From NCBI GenBank assembly GCA_964019335.1, contig OZ025681.1, positions 434,001 through 498,000 of the forward strand: 64,000 bases of DNA, in the 5' to 3' direction. The notes under the pieces are model-generated. The model had not been told where the DNA came from. It saw only the letters and a program-made list of their open reading frames with translations, and searched no databases. The stretch is from Diplonema japonicum. Its lineage: Eukaryota; Protista; Euglenozoa: Diplonemea. Positions within the stretch are counted from its first letter, which is position 1. Each line of letters opens with the position of its first letter. Both the position numbers and the translations under genes were made by a program. Shown one piece after another: positions 42,718 to 51,876 of the stretch.

Positions 42718-45700
42718 CTATCCGGGAGAAAGTGGCACCATTGGAGGAGGCACGCAGCTCACACGTCTTTGCAGGTTCTGCTTCTGAAGATGCACCCTTT
42801 TCAAAGACTGTTTGAGCAAGAGGAAATGCTTGTTGCACAAAGCAGTCACATGCCTTGAGACTGTCACCCACGTAGAGGGCTGCAGGGCAGGGTCCTCAAG
42901 CGCTTTCTCCGTCTGGAGCACAAATTGTTGCCCGTACGACTCGCCTTCTTGAATGGTATCGCCCCGTGTTAGATTCTGTGACCTCACCCAAGCTTCGATA
43001 AATTCAGGCTCTGACAGCATCTCACGGCTGATGAAGGGGTCGATCGACGCCATGAACGGCTTGATGAGCAAGAAGAAGCTTTGAACCATTCTGTGGAGTT
43101 TGAAAAGCTCGGATTTTACGTCTTCGATACGCTCCCCTCCTGAGGGGTCGGACTTGCGTCGGCCGACGGACAAGGCTGCAACCTTGAACTTTGTTAACGT
43201 GTTCTGCCTTAAGTACTTCTTGTCCTTGTCCTCCTCTTGTATATCGGGAATTGCCAGAGTCTCGTCCAAGAAGGCTGTGTAGCGCACGTCGAGGTCGAAA
43301 AAGGACGTGTTTTTGGTGATCGCGGTTCTGATGTTTTTTGCGACGCTTCTCGCGAGGGAGATCACCTTCTCGTTGAAGAGGTCGGATTCCTTCATCTTCC
43401 CCCTCTCCGCGGCAGCCTGGCTCGCGTAGTTGTGCACCGTTCTTATTATAATCGCGACGTTGCTGCTGATGTCCTCTATGTTCGCAGACACTTCTTTCGA
43501 ATCCCTTTCTGTCTCGTCCATCCACCATTCCCGCAAGGGGTTGGATATCTTGTGTACATCGCTCAGAACCCTGTCTTTTACGGAAATCGGAAGCAGCGAC
43601 ACGACAGGTATATCAGGCTTCCCAGACACCGTGACCGACGGCAGATGAGACTGGATGAACCCTTGCTTCGCAACGTCGATGCTGGACAATGTCGGTCCTG
43701 ACACAACTATCTCACCAGGCCGGCCCAATGTTGAAATCTCTTTGAGAATAGACAGGTCGGGTCCGTAGTAATCCATTCGACCCGTAATGGGGTCCTTTTC
43801 ACATACAGGAGTGCATTTGTGCAAAGCGACTCGGATTCGGAGGTGCGAGCTCTGCGTTGCTTCCAAAGCCGTTTGGATGCTGCCTGCAAGCGAAACGGCG
43901 GATTTTGCGTCTTTGAACGCAACAAAAAAACCGTCGGCCTCAGCAAGTGCTTCGTAGCCGTCATGTTGAACAAGCAACGAGCGGACCTTATGTGTGAATA
44001 GTGATAACGTTTCCTTCACAGAGACGGTGATTGAAGTGTCGATGACTTTCGACTGAAGGTCGATGTACCCCAACACAACGGAGCCTTGAGGTGGGGAGGA
44101 GTTGATGCACCCAGCCTTGCAGTGCAGCAAGACCCGTTCTCCTGCTTTGATCTCGCTGCGACGTCGTTCCAAAACCCCCATCATCGCGGCCCAGTAGTCT
44201 TCTATGTTCGCACCGTCGTCGGACTTCAAAACCTGTTTCCATCCGGTTTTCGACGTTGCAGATTTGAACCCTTCCATTTTCGATTTTGCGACGTACCAGC
44301 CGGACTTGCTCAAGATGGTGAGGTGCGAGTCCGCGATGTGGGACTGTATTATAAGCCCGTCAGTGCTGTGCGATGTTATTTTCGGGGAATCTTCGCAGTC
44401 TTGTATGCTGCTGAAAACGCTCAGCGACACAGCATGATGGGCTTCGATGGTGATGTGATGCAGAAGCTTCGCTGCCTCCAGCAAACAAGGCATGTCCGGG
44501 AAAGAAACCAGCGAAGAGGAAACCGTACACGACAACACCGAACCAGAATGCTTCGCTGCCACAGTGTCGATCCCCTCCGCTAGCGACGTTACCGCCTTTG
44601 CGACCTTTGCCGTGTTTTCAAACCACAAAGATGCGGTCCCCATCAGGAACACGCTGAGATAAACCGTTTTCCCATCGGGGTCTGTAACGGGGCATATCGG
44701 GACATCCTGACACCTCCCCACGGCTTCCTGTATCGTTAGAATATTCCTATCGACCTCGGAGGTGTGCTCCTCCAGCCACTCCACCAAACCCTTTGTCTTA
44801 CCCCTCACCGTTCGCCCGGTTGACAGCGTTCGGATGATATGTCTAATATCGTCGTGTCTGTACACAGTTTCCTTTCCAGCGCTGTTCTTCCTCGAAACCG
44901 TGTATAAAGGTTGGTTGTGAAGCCGCATTTTCGGTACCTCCTTGACCTGCAGTGAAAGGGCGCTAAGTTCTCCAACAGACCGAAGCACTTGGCGGGTTGT
45001 TAAGAGCTCGCCATCCCCTGCCTTCGCGGCGAGAATGGACGCGGAACTCACGACCGGTCCGTAGTAGTTTTGTTTTCCAGTGATAGGGTCCACACTTGAT
45101 AGTGGTGTGCCTCGTTCGATTCCAATGGAATACGAGAAGCATTTTGGAAGCCCGGGGGATTGGAGGCAAGTGACTCCCCATGAGACGGCCTTCAAAGGGG
45201 ATTGGAACGCAGCTCGTATCTCATCGAATCCGCACTCGATTTCCCAACCGCCCTGACGGGAGATCTTTTTCCGTGCGATTTTCGCCCAGGATTTTATTTC
45301 GCTCTGTACTGAAGGTTTGTCCCCGCTGGTCCTCCACCGCAGGTGCGCGTTGTTGGCGAGCAGCGACACAACCGTTATCTCGCCTTTGGGAGGCTCCACT
45401 TCGGTGTGTTGTGGTTGTGTGCTGTCATGGGTCAGTTTCAGGTTTTTGAGAGACTGCAGCGAAGCAGTGAGCAGTTGTAGCGCATCGTCTTTCGGTCGGC
45501 AGCTTGATATTGGTATGCTGTGCACAGCAGCCTTCGCGTCTCTTAAAAGCCTCAGCAGTTCTGAAATACTTTCCGAACCAGTTTCCTCCCCTCCATCGAC
45601 AGGCGATACCGGTTGAAGTGTGTCTTCGATAGATTTGTACTGAGCACGTATAGGGAGGGGCGAAGACGCGCGTTCGCTTTTTGCAGGCGATCTTTCTGAT

Positions 45701-45996
45701 GATCTCCAGCGTCTTTCCGACGCGCTTTCAGTAGTTTGTGGGAAGCGGCGTGCCCTTCGCGGGGATTGTACGTCTGCTGCTATATCCGCCTCTAGGAACT
45801 CTTCAGAGTCGCGCCGCTTCCTCACTCCAAGCATATCGTCGACGTTTCCAATCTCCGCGAGAAGCATCTGCCGTATGCTTCTATGTCTCGCCATGGATAC
45901 ATTCGCCTTGTTCCTTTCACCCTCCAAATCCGCAGGGGTCGGGCTAGTGCTTCCATGGTACTCGGTTGTAATGCTCTCTAATCGACGCCGCCTCAT
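42718..45996 (-). CDS. Soluble protein with two to three degenerate class III nucleotide cyclase domains
   Basis: PPKGEITVV...DPITGKQNYYGPVV and PPQGSVVLGYIDLQ...GYE....DGFFVAF...LRIRVALH...DPITGRMDYYGPD; no TM segment. First ATG at 45996; start uncertain. Confidence 0.8.
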   Translation of the reverse strand: MRRRRLESITTEYHGSTSPTPADLEGERNKANVSMARHRSIRQMLLAEIGNVDDMLGVRKRRDSEEFLEADIAADVQSPRRARRFPQTTESASERRWRSSERSPAKSERASSPLPIRAQYKSIEDTLQPVSPVDGGEETGSESISELLRLLRDAKAAVHSIPISSCRPKDDALQLLTASLQSLKNLKLTHDSTQPQHTEVEPPKGEITVVSLLANNAHLRWRTSGDKPSVQSEIKSWAKIARKKISRQGGWEIECGFDEIRAAFQSPLKAVSWGVTCLQSPGLPKCFSYSIGIERGTPLSSVDPITGKQNYYGPVVSSASILAAKAGDGELLTTRQVLRSVGELSALSLQVKEVPKMRLHNQPLYTVSRKNSAGKETVYRHDDIRHIIRTLSTGRTVRGKTKGLVEWLEEHTSEVDRNILTIQEAVGRCQDVPICPVTDPDGKTVYLSVFLMGTASLWFENTAKVAKAVTSLAEGIDTVAAKHSGSVLSCTVSSSLVSFPDMPCLLEAAKLLHHITIEAHHAVSLSVFSSIQDCEDSPKITSHSTDGLIIQSHIADSHLTILSKSGWYVAKSKMEGFKSATSKTGWKQVLKSDDGANIEDYWAAMMGVLERRRSEIKAGERVLLHCKAGCINSSPPQGSVVLGYIDLQSKVIDTSITVSVKETLSLFTHKVRSLLVQHDGYEALAEADGFFVAFKDAKSAVSLAGSIQTALEATQSSHLRIRVALHKCTPVCEKDPITGRMDYYGPDLSILKEISTLGRPGEIVVSGPTLSSIDVAKQGFIQSHLPSVTVSGKPDIPVVSLLPISVKDRVLSDVHKISNPLREWWMDETERDSKEVSANIEDISSNVAIIIRTVHNYASQAAAERGKMKESDLFNEKVISLARSVAKNIRTAITKNTSFFDLDVRYTAFLDETLAIPDIQEEDKDKKYLRQNTLTKFKVAALSVGRRKSDPSGGERIEDVKSELFKLHRMVQSFFLLIKPFMASIDPFISREMLSEPEFIEAWVRSQNLTRGDTIQEGESYGQQFVLQTEKALEDPALQPSTWVTVSRHVTALCNKHFLLLKQSLKRVHLQKQNLQRRVSCVPPPMVPLSPG

Positions 45997-46253
45997 GGAA
46001 TACCTTTTTATTTTTATATAAGACAAAGTTGTTGTAAGATACAACAAAAAAAGAAAAGAACATATGTCACCAGTACGTTTCTGTTGGGCACTCCACCCAG
46101 ACGCAGAGCAATTCTGGCCTCCTTAGAGAAGAAAAGAAAAGTAAACATCCCCCATTCTTTGAGACGCACTACATTCATGGGTTAGTCGCAAGTAGGCACC
46201 TCAAAATAAAAAAGGGAGGGGAGGGAATTTGTTTTTTTGTTGTGTTTTTCGTG

Positions 46254-47654
46254 TCAAACGGGGGCCTGTGTATTACGGAAAGCATCCCTGCGTTGACGCT
46301 CAGCTGGGGACACCTTGCGGTCAGGAGTAAAATTGTAAACATCTTTATGAGTAGGAGAGGCACCCAACGAGATGTACAGCTTGCGTAGTGAAGCATTCTT
46401 GCAGAACATAGGTGTCTGGTTGTTGATGTCAACAGCATTGACGTCAGCACCGAGCTCCACGAGTGCCTTGATGGTGTCGCGGTCTGTCTGGTAGTGAAGG
46501 GGGGTCTTTCCTTCCCTGTCTCTCAGGTTCAACATTGCCTCTGTGTCGGTGTTCATATATTTCAAGAATTCCGGAATCTTCGAACCGACAGTATGAAGCG
46601 GCGTTCTCCCGCTGTGATCGCGCACTGTGACATCCGCTTTGCGTTTTAGAATAGAAGAAAAACGTATGTCGTATGTCAGCATATGATGAACAGGGGTTTT
46701 CCCTTGTTCGTCCTGTGCATTGATGTCAGCCCCGCGTTCCAACAGCCGGGCCACTACGTCGGAGGATGCATATTGAACCACATAAGAGTGGAGGGGTGTT
46801 GACTTGTTGTTAGAAATGGCATTCACATTGGCACCCTTCGAGACTAGAAGGTCAATGACTTCTGGTATTGAAGTCATACAATGCATCGGGGAAAAGCCCT
46901 CTGAGTCCTTCGCATGAATAAACGCACCATGTCTGAGCAGCAAGGCGACCATGCTGCTATCGTGTCGTGCTGCCGACACAGCCACGTGAAGCGGCGACAT
47001 ACCTCGTATGTTCCGAATGTTCACGTTCGCTTTGTTCCTGAGGAGCGCTTCTACAGAGCTGCGTTCGTCCTCCGTTACGGCGCAGTGCAATGGGGTGAAC
47101 CCTTCTTTGCTTTTAAGATCCACAAGCCCAGGGTTAAGAGGAGACAGGTAATCGATGATTTCCGGACACCCTTGCTGTGCAGCGTAGTGCAATGGTGTGT
47201 AGCGGTAGGTGTCGTCATGCGCCGAAAAGTTGAGCCCCATCTCTTGAAGAACCTTTACAGCCTGGAGGTGCTTTTTACGGACTGCAAAAATTGTAATGTG
47301 ATGAGGAAAGGCGTAGACGTCAAGCCCAGCCTGCTTCATCACAGGTAGCAGCTCTGTCAGATCGCGGTCGACGCAGTCCTTCATTCCTTGAATTGTGAGT
47401 GGGATGCCGTGGTCTTGTAGAAGGTTCTCAGCCCTGAACTCTTCATCTTTTATCCTCACCTGCACACCTTCAGGAAGGTACCCCGCCACCTCGTCCCCAT
47501 CATTCACGTCCTCCATGTGAAGGACCTCGATCCTGTTCGACTCCAAACCGAGCTGTTCTGCTACCTTGTGCTTCAGCCCAGCAAGGGTCTCGTGCTCCCC
47601 AACTGTCACCTCCACGTGCTGCGAGGTCGTCGTCACATACGCAGACACATCCAT
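46254..47654 (-). CDS. Ubiquitin-like N-terminal domain + ankyrin repeat protein (copy 1)
   Basis: Repeated G.TPLH motifs; beta-grasp-like header VEVTVGEHETLAGLKHKVAEQLG. Confidence 0.9.
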   Translation of the reverse strand: MDVSAYVTTTSQHVEVTVGEHETLAGLKHKVAEQLGLESNRIEVLHMEDVNDGDEVAGYLPEGVQVRIKDEEFRAENLLQDHGIPLTIQGMKDCVDRDLTELLPVMKQAGLDVYAFPHHITIFAVRKKHLQAVKVLQEMGLNFSAHDDTYRYTPLHYAAQQGCPEIIDYLSPLNPGLVDLKSKEGFTPLHCAVTEDERSSVEALLRNKANVNIRNIRGMSPLHVAVSAARHDSSMVALLLRHGAFIHAKDSEGFSPMHCMTSIPEVIDLLVSKGANVNAISNNKSTPLHSYVVQYASSDVVARLLERGADINAQDEQGKTPVHHMLTYDIRFSSILKRKADVTVRDHSGRTPLHTVGSKIPEFLKYMNTDTEAMLNLRDREGKTPLHYQTDRDTIKALVELGADVNAVDINNQTPMFCKNASLRKLYISLGASPTHKDVYNFTPDRKVSPAERQRRDAFRNTQAPV

Positions 47655-47870
47655 TTCTTTCTTTTTTTACGTAACTGTATCGCGAACTATTTTATTCGAT
47701 TTGTTTGGAAATGCAGGGGTGGGAGGATATTTATAATTTGTAAAGTGAAGGAGCTTTCCTTCGGCTTCATGTAGAAACCCACTGGATGTGGTGGACTTGC
47801 ATGAAAAAAAGAACACAAGCAGCCAATGGGTTAGTACGGCTGTTGTCTAAACGAATGTGTCGATGTGCGA

Positions 47871-48510
47871 TCAAAGAACAAGCATCGCATCACCCTGGGT
47901 GGTAAACATTACAAGCCCGAGGGTCGCAACTGCCGTGATGATCAACAGCAGGTGTCCGACCACAGGCCACATTGTTGTGCTGTCATGTTTGCCGGAAGGA
48001 CGTATTTCAGCAGCGGGCACGAATGTGGGAGGTGCACATCCTTTCCTGCGTTGACGCTCAGCTGGGGACACCTTGCGGTCAGGAGTGAAATTGTAAACAT
48101 CTCTATGAGTAGAAGAGGCACCCAACGAGATGAACAGCTTGCGTAGTTGTAACATTCTTGCAGAACATAAGCAAGAGCTTCCCTGGAAAATGAAATGCTC
48201 GAGTGGAGGGGTGTTGAGCCGTTCTTTGAAACAGCGTTCACATCTACACCCTTCGAGACGAGAAGGTCAATAATTTTTGGTACTCCGCTGAAATGCAACG
48301 GGGTGAAGCCGTCTTCGTCCTCTGCATGAACACACGCCCCGTGGCTGAGAAGCTTCTCGACTATAGAAGCGGTTTCAAGTAACACTGCCAAGTGCAAAGG
48401 CGTTCTTAGCTTCGCGTCCTTGATGTCAAGAGTAGCATTATGCCGGACTAGCGCATCAACGGCGTTGCCGGAGGTGCATTCCACAGCACAGTGCAATGGG
48501 CTGATTGGTA
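47871..48510 (-). pseudogene. 5'-truncated, frameshifted ankyrin family copy
   Basis: TPLH repeats with no start or header; the family C-terminal cassette (ISLGAS.THRDVYNFTPDRKVS) lies in another frame. Confidence 0.75.
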
Positions 48511-48514
48511 CACT

Positions 48515-49969
48515 TCATTCTCTTGCAGATGGTGGCGCTGCGCTGCAAGGACGTGAATCAGCGGGCACAAATGCAGCTTTCTTCCTGCGTTGACGCTCAT
48601 CTTGGGACACCTTGCGATGAGGAGTAAAATCGTAAACATCTCTATGGGTAGGAGATGCACCTAACGAGATGAACAGCTCTCGTAGTGAAGCATTCTTGCA
48701 GAACATAGGTGTCTGATTGTTGATGTCAACAGCATTGACGTCAGCACCGAGCTCCACGAGTGCCTTGATGGTGTCAGGGTCTGTCTGGTAGTGAAGGGGG
48801 GTCTTTCCTTCCTTGTCTGTGGCATTTATATTCTCATGTGTGGTCAACCCGAGAATCGCCTCCCGCACACCACCACGGGAAGACGTTTTACAGCTTCCCA
48901 AGCAGTGCAGTGCCGTCACGCCATCGCTGTTAGGCAGCCCAACGTCAGGCCGAGCTTCCAGAAGTATACTAGCGGTTACAAACTGGCTGTGTTTCAAAGC
49001 AATATGCAGGGGGGTATCGCCATCCCCGTTCTGTGCGTTGACATCAGAACCACAGGCGATGAGCCGTTCTACGAAGGTTACGTGGTTACCTGCGACAGCC
49101 ATGTGCAGCGGGGTGGCTCCAGAGGCCGAGGCTTCACTTGGGTCAGCCCCGTGGGAGACAAGAAGGTCAATAAAATTAGGATCGTTGAGGTAATATTGTT
49201 TGTTTTCGCCCACAAAGCAATGCAGCGGTGTCAGCCCATCAGCAGCTTTCGCATTGCCATCCGCTCCCCCACGAAGCAACTTGCTCGCCTTGAGGTGCAT
49301 CTTCGTGTAGTGCAACGGCGTCCTTCCCCTGTTATCAGTGATATTGGCATTAGCCTTGTTTTGAAGCAATGCGTCTATTACGTCTAGGTTTCCGTTCTGA
49401 GCAGCCCAATGAAGCGGAGTGGCTCCTTGCGTGCCTTGAGCATCCACAAGCCCAGGGTGAAGAGGTGCCAGATAATTGATGATTGCTATGCTTTCTTTCC
49501 TTGCTGCGATTTCTATTGCGTCGTGCTCAGCGAAGCTGAACCCCATCTCGTGAAGGACCTTGACGGCAGCGAGGTCTCTGCTGTTGACTGCGTGGGTCAC
49601 AACATGCTCCCCAAACTGAGGGGGGGCATGGATGTCAAACCCAGCCTCCTTCATCCGAGGGAGTAACTCAGGTTTGTTGCATCTAACACATAGTCTCATC
49701 CCTTCATAGGTGAGTGGGATGCCGTGCTCTTGTAGAAGGTTCTCAGCCCTGAACTCTTCGTGTTTAACCCTCACCTGCACACCTTCAGGAAGGTACCCCG
49801 CCACCTCGTCCCCATCATTCACGTCCTCCATGTGAAGGACCTCGATCCTGTTCGACTCCAAACCGAGCTGTTCTGCCACCTTGTGCTTCAGCCCAGCAAG
49901 GGTCTCGTGCTCCCCAACTGTCACCTCTACGTGCTGCGAGGTCGTCGTCACATACGCAGACACATCCAT
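48515..49969 (-). CDS. Ubl + ankyrin repeat protein (copy 2)
   Basis: Header almost identical to copy 1; different central ankyrin repeats; shared C-terminal cassette. Confidence 0.9.
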   Translation of the reverse strand: MDVSAYVTTTSQHVEVTVGEHETLAGLKHKVAEQLGLESNRIEVLHMEDVNDGDEVAGYLPEGVQVRVKHEEFRAENLLQEHGIPLTYEGMRLCVRCNKPELLPRMKEAGFDIHAPPQFGEHVVTHAVNSRDLAAVKVLHEMGFSFAEHDAIEIAARKESIAIINYLAPLHPGLVDAQGTQGATPLHWAAQNGNLDVIDALLQNKANANITDNRGRTPLHYTKMHLKASKLLRGGADGNAKAADGLTPLHCFVGENKQYYLNDPNFIDLLVSHGADPSEASASGATPLHMAVAGNHVTFVERLIACGSDVNAQNGDGDTPLHIALKHSQFVTASILLEARPDVGLPNSDGVTALHCLGSCKTSSRGGVREAILGLTTHENINATDKEGKTPLHYQTDPDTIKALVELGADVNAVDINNQTPMFCKNASLRELFISLGASPTHRDVYDFTPHRKVSQDERQRRKKAAFVPADSRPCSAAPPSARE

Positions 49970-50317
49970 TTTTTTCTTCTCTTTTGCTGGAAGCATTGTT
50001 GTCGTTGGTTGGGAAAAACAGCAAGAAAGATAGAAAGAAAGAAAGAAAGAGGTGTATTTGAACGGGATTTGAGGTAAAGTAATGAGTTGGAATACAAAAG
50101 ATAGTGTTACTATGCAAACAGGGCAAGAAGGCCGGGATGTTGTAACCTAAACCGTTTTCACCTACAGTAGGGACAATTTACTCTTTTTTGCAACAATTCT
50201 TTTAAAGTTTGTTTACTCAAAAAAATAACAAATAAACAAACTGCAACCACGAACACGAATGTCTCATGTTCGAGTAGGGGGTAAAGTCGTTCCCCGCAAC
50301 CCGAAGGCAGGTTAGTT

Positions 50318-51616
50318 TCAACGTTTACAAAGCATCTCAGACCTTCGCCGAATCAGTTCAGCTTGGGACACCTTGCGGTCAGGGGTTAAATTGTAAACAT
50401 CTCTATGGGTAGGAGAGGCGCCAAACGAGACGAACAGCTCGCGAACTTTTACCTTCTTGCAGAACATAGGTGTCTGGTTGTAGATGTTGACAGCATTGAC
50501 GTCAGCACCGAGCTCCACGAGTGCCTTGATGGTGTCAGGGTCTGTCTGGTGGTGAAGTGGGGTGTTTCCTTCCTTGTCTCTTACGTTGATTGCATCACCG
50601 CACTCACGTGCAATGTGGGCTCCATCTGAGGCGACGGTCATGTGCAGTGCTGTTCTGCCGTCCTCGTCTCGAATCATGTAGTCGGCATGTGCCGTCAAAA
50701 GTGCCTTGGCAGCTTCCCTGTTCCGTTGCACTGCAAGGTGGAGAGGAGTCTGCCCCCTTTCATCTTGCGCATCGACGTCCGCACCCTTTGAAACAAGAAG
50801 CGCAACAATGTCGTCTGCCTTCGCATAATGCAAAGAGGTGCGTCCCTCTGTGTCCTTTGCATTAACGCACGCACCGTGCTGAATAAGCTTCTCTGTTCGT
50901 GGAAAGGACCAGACAGCAAAGTGCAGTGGCGTCTTCCCTGCCCCGTCAGCCATACCAATCTCCGCTTTGTGTTTCATCAGCATGTCAATAACTTTAAGTT
51001 GCGTGTCAAACACTTCTGCCCGCATCGTTCCGGAATTCACAGCGTTGTGCAGTGGGGCAGCTCCGTTTTCGTCAGGGAAGTTCACGAGCTCCGGGTGAAG
51101 AGCAGACAGGTACTCGATGATGTCTACAAATCCTAGAAGCGCGGCGTGGTGCAGCAGCGTGCAACCCTTCGCGTCGCATTCTTTCAAGCTGAACCCCATG
51201 TCGTGGAGTACTTTGACTGCCGGGAGGCTTCTTCTGAATACTGCATGTTTTGTGATATGAAACCAATAAGGAGGGGGCGCATGAACATCAAACCCAGCCT
51301 CCTTCATCAGCCAGAGGTACTCGCTCAAACCCTTATCGATGCATGATCGCATCCCGGTGTACGTGAGCTGGATGCCTTTTTTCTGAAGCATTTGGGTCCG
51401 GAACTCTTCCTTCATCCTCACCTGCACACCTTCAGGAAGGTACGCCGCCACTTCGTCCTCATCGCTCACGTCCTCCATGTGAAGGACCTCGATGCTCTCT
51501 TGCTCGATGCCAAGCTGTTCTGCCACTTTGTGCTTCAGCCCAGCAAGGGTCTCGTGCTCCCCAACTGTCACCTCCACGTGCTGCGACAACGTCGTGATAT
51601 GCACAGACACATCCAT
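50318..51616 (-). CDS. Ubl + ankyrin repeat protein (copy 3)
   Basis: Same header and C-terminal cassette; divergent centre. Confidence 0.9.
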   Translation of the reverse strand: MDVSVHITTLSQHVEVTVGEHETLAGLKHKVAEQLGIEQESIEVLHMEDVSDEDEVAAYLPEGVQVRMKEEFRTQMLQKKGIQLTYTGMRSCIDKGLSEYLWLMKEAGFDVHAPPPYWFHITKHAVFRRSLPAVKVLHDMGFSLKECDAKGCTLLHHAALLGFVDIIEYLSALHPELVNFPDENGAAPLHNAVNSGTMRAEVFDTQLKVIDMLMKHKAEIGMADGAGKTPLHFAVWSFPRTEKLIQHGACVNAKDTEGRTSLHYAKADDIVALLVSKGADVDAQDERGQTPLHLAVQRNREAAKALLTAHADYMIRDEDGRTALHMTVASDGAHIARECGDAINVRDKEGNTPLHHQTDPDTIKALVELGADVNAVNIYNQTPMFCKKVKVRELFVSFGASPTHRDVYNLTPDRKVSQAELIRRRSEMLCKR

Positions 51617-51876
51617 TTTTATATTTTCCTTTGGGGTTTCTTAATTGGTTAGGATGCGAACGCGGAAGGAAAAAGGTGTGGCAAAGACTGTTTTTATCCG
51701 AGCAGAGATGGGAAAGGTACCACGGAGAAATACTAATCTAACAAGAACCTCCGATACCTTCGCCAATAAAGCTACCTGCCGGGCCCGTTTGGGGTCGTTC
51801 CTTCCTTGACTCTCAACCTAGCTTGCGTCACTTTTAAATGGGCCAGCCTAGAGAAAGCGGGAAGTTGCTTTCGACA

